A stretch of DNA of 63,820 nucleotides, counting the filler, from Acidimicrobiia bacterium (lineage in GTDB: Bacteria > Actinomycetota > Acidimicrobiia > Spongiisociales > JAENVV01): the NCBI GenBank assembly GCA_041577335.1. It is 3 parts of 3 records of this genome, joined end to end, with 100 filler letters (N's around TTAATTAATTAA, not from the genome) between each part and the next. Parts side by side here need not be neighbours in the genome. Positions count along the whole stretch, not along the records: positions 47,725 to 63,820 come from JBFGJH010000074.1; 2 more parts are not named here. One strand, 5' to 3'. The translations under genes and the position numbers were made by a program. A model generated the notes under the pieces. The model was not told the DNA's origin and did no database searches. It was given only the letters and a program-made list of their open reading frames with translations. Of the stretch, positions 48,923 to 58,126 are shown in pieces (within the stretch, counting starts at the first letter, position 1; the number at the start of each line of letters is the position of its first letter).

Positions 48923-49765
48923 TCAGATCACCAGAAGAGCGGTGGCTACCAGCGCCAGGCCAACACCAATGAGTTGCGTGACCCGCAGACGCTCCTTGTA
49001 GAACACGCGGGCCAGCACGACGGTCGACACTGGGAACATCGAATAGATCACCGTGCTGGTGACGACCGGTCCAACGGTCAGGGCGAAGTAGTAGAAGGCG
49101 TTGCCGGCAGCCGTGAGGAGACCCGAGAGAATGGCAATCGTGATTGCCGTCCTCCCTTCGGGAATCGGGCGTCCGCCCACGATCAACGCGAGCAGAAGGG
49201 CCGCCACGAAGCTGGAGAAGCGACCGAGCGCCAGCGGCATCACACCGGCGTCCTCGCCGATCAAGGTCAGCGCGAGCAACATGCCGCCGAACCCGACGCC
49301 GGTCACGAGGCCGTGTGTCACCGCCGACAACCGGGAGCCAGTGAGCGTCCCGGACGGGTCGCTCGGGCCCATCGACACCAGGGCAATCGCCACGATTCCG
49401 ACGACAAGGCCGCTCACAACGAACCGCGAAGGCCGTTCGCCCTGAACCAGGCCGCCGAGCACAGGAACCGCCGCCGTCACGACGGCAGCGATCGGCGCCA
49501 CCAGACCCATCGCCGACCGCTGGAAACCCCGATACAGCGTGGCCACTCCCAGCGCCCCACCGAGGCCCGATACCGCGCCCCACCACAGATCTGCACTGGA
49601 GGGGCTCCCGCCAAACAACGGAACAACCGCCAGGAGCAACACGAAGCCCACGGCGAAGGCCAACGTGGTGACACGCAGGGGCCGATCCCGACGAGTGGCG
49701 GCGCCTCCGGCGAAGTCGCCGGCTCCGACGATGATGGCGCCAAGACCGGCGAAGATTGCGAACAC
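48923..49765 (-). CDS. EamA/DMT family transporter
   Basis: GAGDFAGG, MGLVAPI, YSMFPVSTVVLAR...ERL. Confidence 0.88.
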   Translation of the reverse strand: MFAIFAGLGAIIVGAGDFAGGAATRRDRPLRVTTLAFAVGFVLLLAVVPLFGGSPSSADLWWGAVSGLGGALGVATLYRGFQRSAMGLVAPIAAVVTAAVPVLGGLVQGERPSRFVVSGLVVGIVAIALVSMGPSDPSGTLTGSRLSAVTHGLVTGVGFGGMLLALTLIGEDAGVMPLALGRFSSFVAALLLALIVGGRPIPEGRTAITIAILSGLLTAAGNAFYYFALTVGPVVTSTVIYSMFPVSTVVLARVFYKERLRVTQLIGVGLALVATALLVI

Positions 49766-49826
49766 GGCGGCATCCTACGGACTCGGAGGGATCGCCCCTA
49801 CCGCTAGCCAAGGGTTTTGCGGCCGC

Positions 49827-51686
49827 CTAGGCCTTTTCGAGGATCCGGTACACCGTGTTCCGCCGAGCAGGGACGCGCCCGACTGCCGTGATCGCTTGTT
49901 CGAAGTCGGCCGGGGAGATCTCCTGGCCGTGTGACGCGCCGGCGGCACGGGTGATGATCTCGCCCATGAGGGTTCCGCCCAGGTCGTTGCAGCCGGCGTC
50001 GAGAAGGCGTTGACCGCCGTCGATACCGAGCTTCACCCAGGACGCCTGGATGTTGTCGATGAGGCCGTCGAAGGCGATTCGGGATATCGCGTGAACCAGC
50101 ACAACCTCGTCCCAGGTGGGCCCGGGCCGCGAACGCCCGCGTAGGAAGATGGGAGCGCCCATGTGCACGAAGGGCAGAGGGACGATCTCGGTGAAGCCGC
50201 CCGTCCGACGCTGGATATCACGGATGACTTCCAGGTGATTTGCCCAGGAGCTGGGCCCGTCGATGTGGCCGAACATGATCGTCGCGGTAGATCGAATGCC
50301 CATGCGATGAGCCGTCATCATCACCTCGGCCCACTGTGAGGTGCGGATCTTGTCGGGACAGAGGTGCTCACGTACCGAATCGTCGAGGATTTCGGCAGCT
50401 GTTCCCGGCAGCGTCCCCAGGCCGGCGTCCTGCAGACGCGCCAGGAACTCCTTCACGGGGACGCAGAGCGTCTCCGCCCCTTGCCACACCTCGAGCGGCG
50501 TGAAGCCGTGGATGTGCATGTCGGGTAGCTCTGCCTTGATGGCTTCGACAACACCGACGTAGAAGTCTCCGGTGAATTCCGGGTGGATGCCTCCCTGGAG
50601 CGTGACCTCCGTGGCGCCACGGTCCCATGCTTCCTTCGCCCATGCCACCACTTCGGGCACGCCCATGAGGTATGGATCCCCGCGTAGGTTGAGCGACTTG
50701 GGTCCTTTCGAGAATGCGCAGAAGCCGCAGCGGAAGTAGCACATGTTGGTGTAGTTGATGTTCCGGTTGACCACATAGCTGACGGTGTCGCCGTTGGCGC
50801 GCCGCCGGAGCTGGTCGGCTGTCCAGGCCACGGCATCGACCTGGTCGCCTCTGGCCGTGAACAGCAGCTCGAGCTCGTTGCGAGTTGGTGCGATGCCATC
50901 CAAGGAGCGCTCGAGGATCGGCCGGACGTCGCCGGCACCGGAGATGGCTTCGGGGGCGGATCCGGACACCCAGGCGTTGTCTGGCCATTCAGCCGAGAGT
51001 CGGCCGTCCGGTACGGGAAGATCTTCCTCGTTGCCGGGCGCCCATGGGTAGCGCGGCCGCGCGGCCCCTGACCCGTCGGTTTGGCCGAGCCATGCAGTGA
51101 ATGTGTCTTGGTCGAGCTGGCGGCGAGCTACACCGATGGAAACGCCCAGCGGCAGCGCAGTGCGTTCGACAAGCTGGTGGGGCGCCAGCGTTTGGCGGAG
51201 CTCACCCATCCGTTCGGCGTCCCAGTCGCGCAGCAGCAAATCGGTCGCTCCGGCCGTCACGGCGGCGATGGCGTCCTCGACCGTGTCCACGAACACGCTC
51301 ACGGACGTGCCGGTGTTGCCGGGAAGGCCGGCCACATCGGCTGCTTCGGCAACATGGCTGCGACCGGTTCTCAGGAATGCCGGGTGGATGCGGGCAACGG
51401 CGTCCAGCGTCGCCTCTCGGCTCTCGTTGTCGACGACTGTGATCCGCCAGGCGGGGACACCCCGCTTGTCGAGCGCGAGTGCTTCTTCCGGTGGCACGGC
51501 CCACGCGGCGCCGTCGTGATCAGCCGAGTTCGAGACGGGCAGGATTCCGCCAGTCAAGGCTGCCGAGATGTCGTCTCCATCGGGCGAAGCTAGTTCAAGT
51601 GCGGTAGTGCCCTCACGGCGCCGGGTCGGCGCCGTGAGCTCATTGACCGACTCTGCGGGCCGTATACGGAGAAAAGTGATCTGCAT
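49827..51686 (-). CDS. cofH: FO synthase subunit CofH with a ~250-aa N-terminal extension
   Basis: NRNINYTNMCYFRCGFCAF, QGGIHP, LPGTAAEIL, IMFGH, NIQASWVK, NDLGGTLM. Confidence 0.92.
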   Translation of the reverse strand: MQITFLRIRPAESVNELTAPTRRREGTTALELASPDGDDISAALTGGILPVSNSADHDGAAWAVPPEEALALDKRGVPAWRITVVDNESREATLDAVARIHPAFLRTGRSHVAEAADVAGLPGNTGTSVSVFVDTVEDAIAAVTAGATDLLLRDWDAERMGELRQTLAPHQLVERTALPLGVSIGVARRQLDQDTFTAWLGQTDGSGAARPRYPWAPGNEEDLPVPDGRLSAEWPDNAWVSGSAPEAISGAGDVRPILERSLDGIAPTRNELELLFTARGDQVDAVAWTADQLRRRANGDTVSYVVNRNINYTNMCYFRCGFCAFSKGPKSLNLRGDPYLMGVPEVVAWAKEAWDRGATEVTLQGGIHPEFTGDFYVGVVEAIKAELPDMHIHGFTPLEVWQGAETLCVPVKEFLARLQDAGLGTLPGTAAEILDDSVREHLCPDKIRTSQWAEVMMTAHRMGIRSTATIMFGHIDGPSSWANHLEVIRDIQRRTGGFTEIVPLPFVHMGAPIFLRGRSRPGPTWDEVVLVHAISRIAFDGLIDNIQASWVKLGIDGGQRLLDAGCNDLGGTLMGEIITRAAGASHGQEISPADFEQAITAVGRVPARRNTVYRILEKA

Positions 51687-51699
51687 CGAAGCCAGAACG

Positions 51700-51915
51700 C
51701 TACTCGGTTTCCGGATGTGCGAGGCGACCTGTGGTCACCCAACGAGTTGCCGCGGTTTGATCGCGCGCCCAGTCGCCCAGGAAGTCGCCGATGACCTCAC
51801 ACGTGATCCCATGCGCTTCGAGCGCCAGGGCCACCGCGCTGATATCGTCCGGATCGGAGATCTCGATGAGCGGGTATCGGACCCCGTCCCTTCGGGTGAG
51901 CGTTATCGGGGTCAT
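51700..51915 (-). CDS. 71-aa hypothetical protein between cofG and cofH
   Basis: ATGA overlap with the cofG stop; ends 13 nt before cofH; MTPITLTRRDGVRYPLIEISD... Confidence 0.6.
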   Translation of the reverse strand: MTPITLTRRDGVRYPLIEISDPDDISAVALALEAHGITCEVIGDFLGDWARDQTAATRWVTTGRLAHPETE

Positions 51916-53027
51916 GACAGTCGGATCGAGTACCCGTGGTCGTCGGTTGCAGCGACCACCTTGTCGAGCATCTCGGATGTCAGCCACGTGTCGGTTTGGT
52001 ACTCGGGATAGACCGGGAGTCGGGGCTTGAGCTCGAAGCCGGCAGCCTCGGTCCGGTATCGCAGCTCGTCGAGATGCGGCCAGGGCGCTTCGGGGTTCAC
52101 CCAGTCGATGGTGAGCGGTGACACGCCACCCCAATCGTTGATACCGGCGTGGAGGTAGATCTCGTACCGCTCGGTGAGGTTGGGAGGGACCTGCAGGTTC
52201 ACCTGGGAGCCGAGGATCCATCGCGCCACTGCCACGACTATCGCGAACCATTGGGGCACCGGCTCGGCGCTCAGCCGCATGCGGGTGTCGGCCTTGGCCC
52301 GGAAGTTCTGCACGATGACTTCCTGGATGTGGCCCCATCGTTCCTGCAGGTCGCCAAGCGCGATGAGCGAGTCGACGATCTCCTCGTGGTTCTCACCGAT
52401 TCCCACCAGGATGCCCGACGTGAACGGCACCTTCTGGCGGCCGGCCGCTTCGATGGTCTCGACGCGGACAGCAGGGTCCTTGTCGGGGCAGCTGAAGTGG
52501 GGCATGCCCGGCTCCATGAGCCGCGGCGAGATGTTCTCCAGCATCATCCCCATCGAAGGGTTGGACGGCCGCAGGGCGGCGATGTCGGATTCCGGCATGA
52601 CCCCAGGGTTCGCATGCGGAAAGAGAAGCGTGTCGCGATGGACCATCTCGGTCATGGCCGCAACGTATTCGAGGGTTGTTTCGCAGCCTTGCCGGGCCAA
52701 GAACTGTCGAGCTACCGGATATTTGTCCTCGGGGGCGTCGCCGAGCGTGAACAGGGCTTCGGTACACCCGTGGCTCTCTCCAGCTTTGGCAATGGCCATC
52801 ACATCGTCGGGAACGAGATACTCACCGCCGTTGCCCGGCGGTTTCACGAAGGTGCAGTAGGTGCATTGATCCCGGCACATGGTGGTGAGCGGGATGAACA
52901 CCTTCGGCGAGAACGTGACGATGCGTCCGCGGCCTTCGTCTCGCAGGCGCTGCGCCTCTGCGAACAACGGACCGGGGTCGATCTCGCCGGACAGGTAGGC
53001 GAGGGCTTCGTCGCGATCGAACTGCAT
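51912..53027 (-). CDS. cofG: FO synthase subunit CofG
   Basis: FIPLTTMCRDQCTYCTF, PHANPG, IVQNFRAK, QVPPNL, AGINDWGGVSP, NPEAPWP; start ATG 53027. Confidence 0.93.
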   Translation of the reverse strand: MQFDRDEALAYLSGEIDPGPLFAEAQRLRDEGRGRIVTFSPKVFIPLTTMCRDQCTYCTFVKPPGNGGEYLVPDDVMAIAKAGESHGCTEALFTLGDAPEDKYPVARQFLARQGCETTLEYVAAMTEMVHRDTLLFPHANPGVMPESDIAALRPSNPSMGMMLENISPRLMEPGMPHFSCPDKDPAVRVETIEAAGRQKVPFTSGILVGIGENHEEIVDSLIALGDLQERWGHIQEVIVQNFRAKADTRMRLSAEPVPQWFAIVVAVARWILGSQVNLQVPPNLTERYEIYLHAGINDWGGVSPLTIDWVNPEAPWPHLDELRYRTEAAGFELKPRLPVYPEYQTDTWLTSEMLDKVVAATDDHGYSIRLS

Positions 53028-53062
53028 GGAGGCAGTTAACCAGCTGGCACGGCGGGCCGGGT

Positions 53063-53305
53063 CTAGTGGCCGTGGCGGTTGAGGATCAGCAAGAGACCGG
53101 CCACCCCGCCATAGAACCCACCACCGATGAGAGCAACCCAGATGGCGATCCCCACCGATCGGGGGATGCCCACCCCCGCAGCCAGCATGATGCCGGCGAA
53201 TATGAAGAACGTGACGGGCACCCCTAGGACAAATCCCTGCGTGATCGCTCGACCAATCTCGGCCTGCTCCTCGATATCCTCGTCGGCTTCGGTAACGTCG
53301 CTCAT
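53063..53305 (-). CDS. Small 2-TM membrane protein (80 aa)
   Basis: Acidic N-terminus, two hydrophobic segments, TATCCT 7 nt upstream of the ATG. Confidence 0.65.
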   Translation of the reverse strand: MSDVTEADEDIEEQAEIGRAITQGFVLGVPVTFFIFAGIMLAAGVGIPRSVGIAIWVALIGGGFYGGVAGLLLILNRHGH

Positions 53306-53392
53306 GCCAACGAGGATAGCCCGGGCAGCACGAGGCACCGGTGTCAGAAGACCGGAAACACCCAGTCGTCGCGTTGGCCCGCGGGCAGTTTG

Positions 53393-53414
53393 TGTCACGG
53401 GTGCTTGATACGTT
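53393..53414 (+). promoter_or_regulatory. Candidate PafBC/RecA-NDp-type DNA-damage promoter
   Basis: TGTCAC-N10-TA-CGT-T, 6 nt upstream of the DUF222 ATG. Confidence 0.45.
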
Positions 53415-53420
53415 GGTTGC

Positions 53421-54731
53421 ATGTTGGATATGCGGCCCGAGCTGACGGACGATCCTTGGTGGGATTGGCCCGACGCTTCTCTGGCGGACGCCCATCGCCC
53501 GGTTTTCGATGCTTCGGGCGGCGGCTTCGATGACCTGCCGGCCGGTGTGTTTTTGGCGGCTGGGCTCGCTGACGTTGATTTCGGTCGGTTGTCGGCTGTT
53601 GATCGAGTCGAGGCGGTGTCGGCTTTGCAGCGGCTGGTGTCGCATTATCAGGCGCAGTTGTACGCCGGGGTGGCATCGATTTACGAATACCTCGAAGACG
53701 ACTTCGATGGCGACGTCGAGATGGCCACCGGCGCTACCGCTGCCGAGCTGCGGGCGGCCTTGCGGTTGACGCGGCGTGCTGCCGACCTCACCGTCGACCT
53801 GGCGTTGGCATTGGTGACGCGCTTGCCGGCGGTCCACCGGGCGCTCCTGTCGGGTGCCATCGACGTGGCCCGAACCAAGACAATCGTGTCCGGTACCGAA
53901 CACCTCACCGAGGAGGCCGCCCAACAGGTGGTCGATCAGGTGCTGGCCGACGCTCCTCGGCTCACCACCGGCCAACTCGCCGCCCGACTGCGCCGTCTGT
54001 GCCTGGAAGTGGACCCCGACCAAGCTGCCGAACGGCTGGAGCGGGCCACCGAGCAACGGAGAGTGGAGCTGCGCCCCGATCCGGCGGGGACCGGCCACGT
54101 GTTTGCTTTCGATCTCGACCCGGTCCGCGCATCTGAGGCCATGAGCCGGGTCGACCGGCTGGCCCGCTCCCTCAAAGCGTCCGCGGAGGACCGAACGATG
54201 GATCAACTCCGGGCGGATGTGTTCTTGGACCTCCTCTGCGACGGCGGTCACCGCTCGGACACGGCCAGCACCGGCACCACTCACATCACCGTCGACCTCG
54301 AAACCCTGATCGGATTGGAGGATCGTGCCGGCGAGCTGGCCGGCTTCGGCCCCATCGCCGCCGACCTCGCCCGCCAAGCGGCACTAGAGAGTCGGCGCTG
54401 GGAGTACTCGATCCGCGACGGCGACACCGGCGACCTCATCGCCGCCGGAGCCACCCGACGACGTCCCACCGCTGGGCTCCAACACGCGGTCCGTGCCACC
54501 AACCCGACCTGCGTGTTCCCCGGCTGTCGAATGCCCGCCACCAGCTGTGACCTCGACCACATCGACGACTACGCCGCCGGCGGCGCCACGACCACCGACA
54601 ACATCGCCCCCGCCTGCCGCCACGACCACACCATCAAACACCAATACGGTTGGCGATATGCGCGGTTGGCCGACGGTAGCTACCAGTGGACCAGCCGTCT
54701 CGGACTGAAACACTCCACGGGACCTCCCTAG
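53421..54731 (+). CDS. DUF222 / HNH endonuclease (13E12 repeat family), probable selfish element
   Basis: RTMDQLRAD, AGELAGFGPI, CVFPGC, CDLDHI, GATTTDN, ACRHDHTIK, WTS. Confidence 0.9.
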   Translation: MLDMRPELTDDPWWDWPDASLADAHRPVFDASGGGFDDLPAGVFLAAGLADVDFGRLSAVDRVEAVSALQRLVSHYQAQLYAGVASIYEYLEDDFDGDVEMATGATAAELRAALRLTRRAADLTVDLALALVTRLPAVHRALLSGAIDVARTKTIVSGTEHLTEEAAQQVVDQVLADAPRLTTGQLAARLRRLCLEVDPDQAAERLERATEQRRVELRPDPAGTGHVFAFDLDPVRASEAMSRVDRLARSLKASAEDRTMDQLRADVFLDLLCDGGHRSDTASTGTTHITVDLETLIGLEDRAGELAGFGPIAADLARQAALESRRWEYSIRDGDTGDLIAAGATRRRPTAGLQHAVRATNPTCVFPGCRMPATSCDLDHIDDYAAGGATTTDNIAPACRHDHTIKHQYGWRYARLADGSYQWTSRLGLKHSTGPP

Positions 54732-54818
54732 GCGAGATGATCGCCCTCGACCGCACCAAGCCGGACGGTCATCGCGTCTTCTCCCTCCCGTCGGTAGCCC
54801 AAGCCACTTTCGTCGTCT

Positions 54819-55340
54819 CTAGAGCAAGCCTTCCACCGGATTGACGACCACTGTGCCGTCCGGAATCGATACCTCGGGGACGAGCTCGTCGACGAAGGGA
54901 ACCTCAACGGGGCGGTCGTCGGTGGTGGTGATGACGAGGCGCGTCTGGGCCGAGTACAACACAACGTCGGCCACGATCCCGAGCCGATTCCCCTCCTGAT
55001 CGACGACCTGCAGCCCCCTCAAGTCCTCGGGCCAGTACTCCCCTTCTTCCAGCTCTCGCCGGTCGGCCTTGGCGAGGAACAGCTGCGATCCCTTGAGCTC
55101 CTCTGCTGCGTTGCGGTCGGTGACTCCATCGAACGTGACGATTACGCCGTCCTTGCCGCGTCGGGCTCGTTGGATCTCGACCGGGCGATCGTCCAGCATC
55201 AGCGACGTGCCGGCGCCGAACCGCTCGGGTTCATCGCTGTAAAAGACAACAGCCACATCGCCTTTGATGCCGTGGGCACGAGCGATATGGCCGATGCGGA
55301 CGTAGCCGTCCGGGACCTTGTCGTCCTTCTGATCTGGCAC
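54819..55340 (-). CDS. rimM: Ribosome maturation factor RimM
   Basis: IARAHGIKG, DRNAAEELKG, EYWPEDL.G, EVPFV. Confidence 0.93.
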   Translation of the reverse strand: MPDQKDDKVPDGYVRIGHIARAHGIKGDVAVVFYSDEPERFGAGTSLMLDDRPVEIQRARRGKDGVIVTFDGVTDRNAAEELKGSQLFLAKADRRELEEGEYWPEDLRGLQVVDQEGNRLGIVADVVLYSAQTRLVITTTDDRPVEVPFVDELVPEVSIPDGTVVVNPVEGLL

Positions 55341-55345
55341 CCTGG

Positions 55346-55591
55346 TCAGTCGAGGAACTCCACGCCGGCGTCGAGGCCTTCCTCGTCGGCAGCGGCCTGA
55401 GCAATGGTGCGGATGGCTCGAGCCACCCGGCCCCGGCGGCCGATCACTCGACCCATGTCGGACTTGGCGGTGCGGACCTCGGCGACGATCTCGTCGGGTC
55501 CCTGCTGGACCATCACGATCTCCACCTCATCGGGCTCGTCGACGATCTCACGGATGACGTAGTTGACGACCTTCTCGGTGATTTCGGTCAT
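55346..55591 (-). CDS. khpA: KH-domain RNA-binding protein KhpA
   Basis: DMGRVIGRRGRVARAIR; lies between rpsP and rimM. Confidence 0.9.
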   Translation of the reverse strand: MTEITEKVVNYVIREIVDEPDEVEIVMVQQGPDEIVAEVRTAKSDMGRVIGRRGRVARAIRTIAQAAADEEGLDAGVEFLD

Positions 55592-56148
55592 GCGGTGTCC
55601 TCTTCCTCTGCGGCGACCTCTTCGTCAGGTGCGGCCTCTGCGGCGACCTCTTCGTCAGGCGCGGTTTCAGTTGTTCCCTCCGCTGCCTCTATCGGCTCTG
55701 CAGCAGCCTCAACGGCCTCTTCGGCCGCCTCTTCAACTGGATCAGCGACGGCCTCAGCAGTCTCAGTGGGCTCGGGCTCGGCCGCTGCCTCGACCGCTTC
55801 GGCAGGGGAACCGGCCTCTTCGTCGACGACCTTCTCGGCCGCATCGGCTGCCGGCGATGTCTTCGGAGCGACGGTGTAGATCTCGCCGCGTGACACCTTG
55901 TAGGCCGACCATGCACCGGAAATCTCGAGGAGCTTGCGCACCGGATCAGTGGGCTGGGCGCCCTTGCTGAGCCAGTCGACGGCTTTCTCGTTGTCGATCT
56001 CGATGAGCGATGGTTCCTGGCGGGCGTCATACCGGCCAATCGCTTCGATGTAACGGCCCTGGCGTGGTTTGCGGCCATCGGCCACGACCACGCGGTAGAC
56101 CGGCTGCTTCTTCTTGCCGAGTCGCATCAGGCGCATCTTGACCGCCAT
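55588..56148 (-). CDS. rpsP: 30S ribosomal protein S16 with acidic C-terminal tail
   Basis: MAVKMRLMRLGKKKQPVYRVVVAD, WLSKGAQPTD. Confidence 0.96.
   Translation of the reverse strand: MAVKMRLMRLGKKKQPVYRVVVADGRKPRQGRYIEAIGRYDARQEPSLIEIDNEKAVDWLSKGAQPTDPVRKLLEISGAWSAYKVSRGEIYTVAPKTSPAADAAEKVVDEEAGSPAEAVEAAAEPEPTETAEAVADPVEEAAEEAVEAAAEPIEAAEGTTETAPDEEVAAEAAPDEEVAAEEEDTA
55605..55664. repeat. 30-bp tandem duplication in the S16 tail
   Basis: CCTCTGCGGCGACCTCTTCGTCAGG(T/C)GCGG x2. Confidence 0.9.
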
Positions 56149-56153
56149 CTGTC

Positions 56154-57494
56154 CTACCTTTTCCTTGATCTCGTCTTCATGCCGGGGATTCCCGGGAGGC
56201 CGGGGATGGACTTCCCGTCCGCCAGCATCTTCATCATCTTTTGTGTCTCGCCGAACTGTTTCAGCAGCGCGTTGACTTGCTGAGTGTTCGTGCCTGACCC
56301 CTTGGCGATGCGGCGTCGTCGGCTGCCGTTGATCAGCCGGGGGTTCTGCCGCTCCTGGGGAGTCATGGATCGAATAATCGCTTCGACCCTGCCCATGTCC
56401 TTGTCGGACACGTCAACATCTTTCAAAGCCGACGCAGCGCCCGGCAGCATAGCAACCAAACCTTGCAGCGGCCCCATCTTCTTCAGCTGCTGGAACTGCT
56501 TGAGGAAGTCTTCGAGGGTGAACTCGGCCTTGCGCAGCTTCTCGGCCATCTCGAAGGCTTCTTCTTCGTCGAAGGCCTCCTCGGCCTTCTCGATGAGCGT
56601 CAGCACGTCGCCCATGCCGAGAATGCGGCTCGCCATGCGCTCCGGATAGAAGACCTCGAAATCGTCGAGGCTCTCACCGACGGCGGCAAACTTGATGGGC
56701 CGCCCGGTGACCTCGCGCACCGAGATGGCGGCACCACCGCGGGAATCGCCATCGAGCTTCGACAGGACAATGCCGGTGAGATCGGTGTATTCCAAGAAAC
56801 CCTGCGCCACATTCACCGCGTCCTGGCCGGTCATGGCGTCCACGACGAGCAGAACCTCGTCGGGATCGGCCGCCTTGCGGACTGCCGCCAGCTCGTCCAT
56901 GAGATCCTTGTCGATGGCCAAACGGCCGGCAGTGTCGATGATCACGGCGTCGTGGCCCAGCTTCTGGGCTTCCTTCAAGGCAGCCTTGACCAAACGAGCA
57001 GGTTTCGACTTGCGATCGGCGTAGACATGCACGTCGACCCGGCCACCCAACTGCTCGAGCTGATCGATGGCAGCGGGGCGCTGCAGGTCGGCCGCCACCA
57101 ACATGGGATTGCGCCCCTTGCTCTTCAGGTGTTTGGCCAGCTTGGCGCTCGTGGTTGTCTTACCGGAGCCCTGGAGGCCGGCCATGAGGATCGTGAACGG
57201 CGGCGAGCTCTTCTCGAAGCCGGCTTCGGTGCCGCCCAGGGTGTTGATGAGCTCCTCATGGACGATCTTGATGACCTGCTGGCCCGGCGTGAGGCTCTGG
57301 TGGACGTCGGTTCCCACCGCCCGCTCCTTGATCCGAGCAAGGAGGTTCTTGGCGACGGAGACGTTGACATCGGCTTCGAGGAGGGCGAGGCGGACCTCGC
57401 GCAACGCCTTGTCGACATCGTCCTCGCTCAAGCGCCCCTTGGAGCGCAGCGACGAGAAGATGCCGGCGAACCGGTCTGAAAGGGATTCAAACAT
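56154..57494 (-). CDS. ffh: Signal recognition particle protein Ffh
   Basis: MFESLSD, GLQGSGKTT, DTAGR, RILGMGD, SRRRRIA.GSG; start ATG 57494. Confidence 0.97.
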   Translation of the reverse strand: MFESLSDRFAGIFSSLRSKGRLSEDDVDKALREVRLALLEADVNVSVAKNLLARIKERAVGTDVHQSLTPGQQVIKIVHEELINTLGGTEAGFEKSSPPFTILMAGLQGSGKTTTSAKLAKHLKSKGRNPMLVAADLQRPAAIDQLEQLGGRVDVHVYADRKSKPARLVKAALKEAQKLGHDAVIIDTAGRLAIDKDLMDELAAVRKAADPDEVLLVVDAMTGQDAVNVAQGFLEYTDLTGIVLSKLDGDSRGGAAISVREVTGRPIKFAAVGESLDDFEVFYPERMASRILGMGDVLTLIEKAEEAFDEEEAFEMAEKLRKAEFTLEDFLKQFQQLKKMGPLQGLVAMLPGAASALKDVDVSDKDMGRVEAIIRSMTPQERQNPRLINGSRRRRIAKGSGTNTQQVNALLKQFGETQKMMKMLADGKSIPGLPGIPGMKTRSRKR

Positions 57495-57651
57495 TGTGCA
57501 TACAGGGTACCGGGCCGGCGAGGTACCGCCATCCCGGTCCCACCCACCAGCCATGAGCCTTCGCCTACAGGGAGGCTTCGCTCCCAGGGCGAACAGCAAG
57601 TTCGGAGCCGAGCCTCATCGCCTGCCGCTCCCCGGTCATGGGGAGCCGGCC

Positions 57652-58086
57652 TCATGGTTTGGGGGTGAGGACGGCGACGGGAATAGTGCGGTCTGTTTTG
57701 GTCTCGTAGGTCGCGAAGCTGCCGTAGTCTCTGAATCGCGCATACAACTCGTCGCGAACTGCGCCCTCCAACTCGACCGTGGCGGTGCATTCGATGACTT
57801 TGTCGAGGTCCTGGACCGTCACATCGGGCTCAGCCATCATGTTGAGGATCCAGGCGGGGTGCTCGTCCCCTCCGCCTGCCGAACCAGTCACGAGGTAGTT
57901 GTCACCGTCTTTGAGATGGGCCAGCGGCTTGGGACGCTTCTTTCCGGTCTTGCGACCGGTTGTCGTCACGATGATCACAGATGCGGGCTTCTCTCCACCA
58001 CCCATCCGCTTTCCGCCGGTCACTTGATACAGCTTGGCGTGGAGCTCGGTGGCAATCCTGGTCATCGTGCTGGCGATAGATGTCAC
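57652..58086 (-). CDS. Deazaflavin (F420)-dependent oxidoreductase, Ddn/FDOR-A family
   Basis: TTTGRKTGKKR, S.GG...HPAW..N, YETKTDRTIPV. Confidence 0.9.
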   Translation of the reverse strand: MTSIASTMTRIATELHAKLYQVTGGKRMGGGEKPASVIIVTTTGRKTGKKRPKPLAHLKDGDNYLVTGSAGGGDEHPAWILNMMAEPDVTVQDLDKVIECTATVELEGAVRDELYARFRDYGSFATYETKTDRTIPVAVLTPKP

Positions 58087-58126
58087 GTGGGAACGATACC
58101 GTCCCGGCGGCGATCCTCTGTGACGG

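Noticed and set aside
51912..54377. 821-aa ORF suggesting a large CofG fusion
   Set aside because: The N-terminal 450 aa are largely antisense to the DUF222 gene and cross another gene; CofG similarity begins at ATG 53027.
57495..57651. Hairpin-rich region upstream of ffh as SRP RNA
   Set aside because: No SRP helix-8 GGAA tetraloop or conserved internal loop on either strand; the hairpins are more likely terminator- or REP-like.
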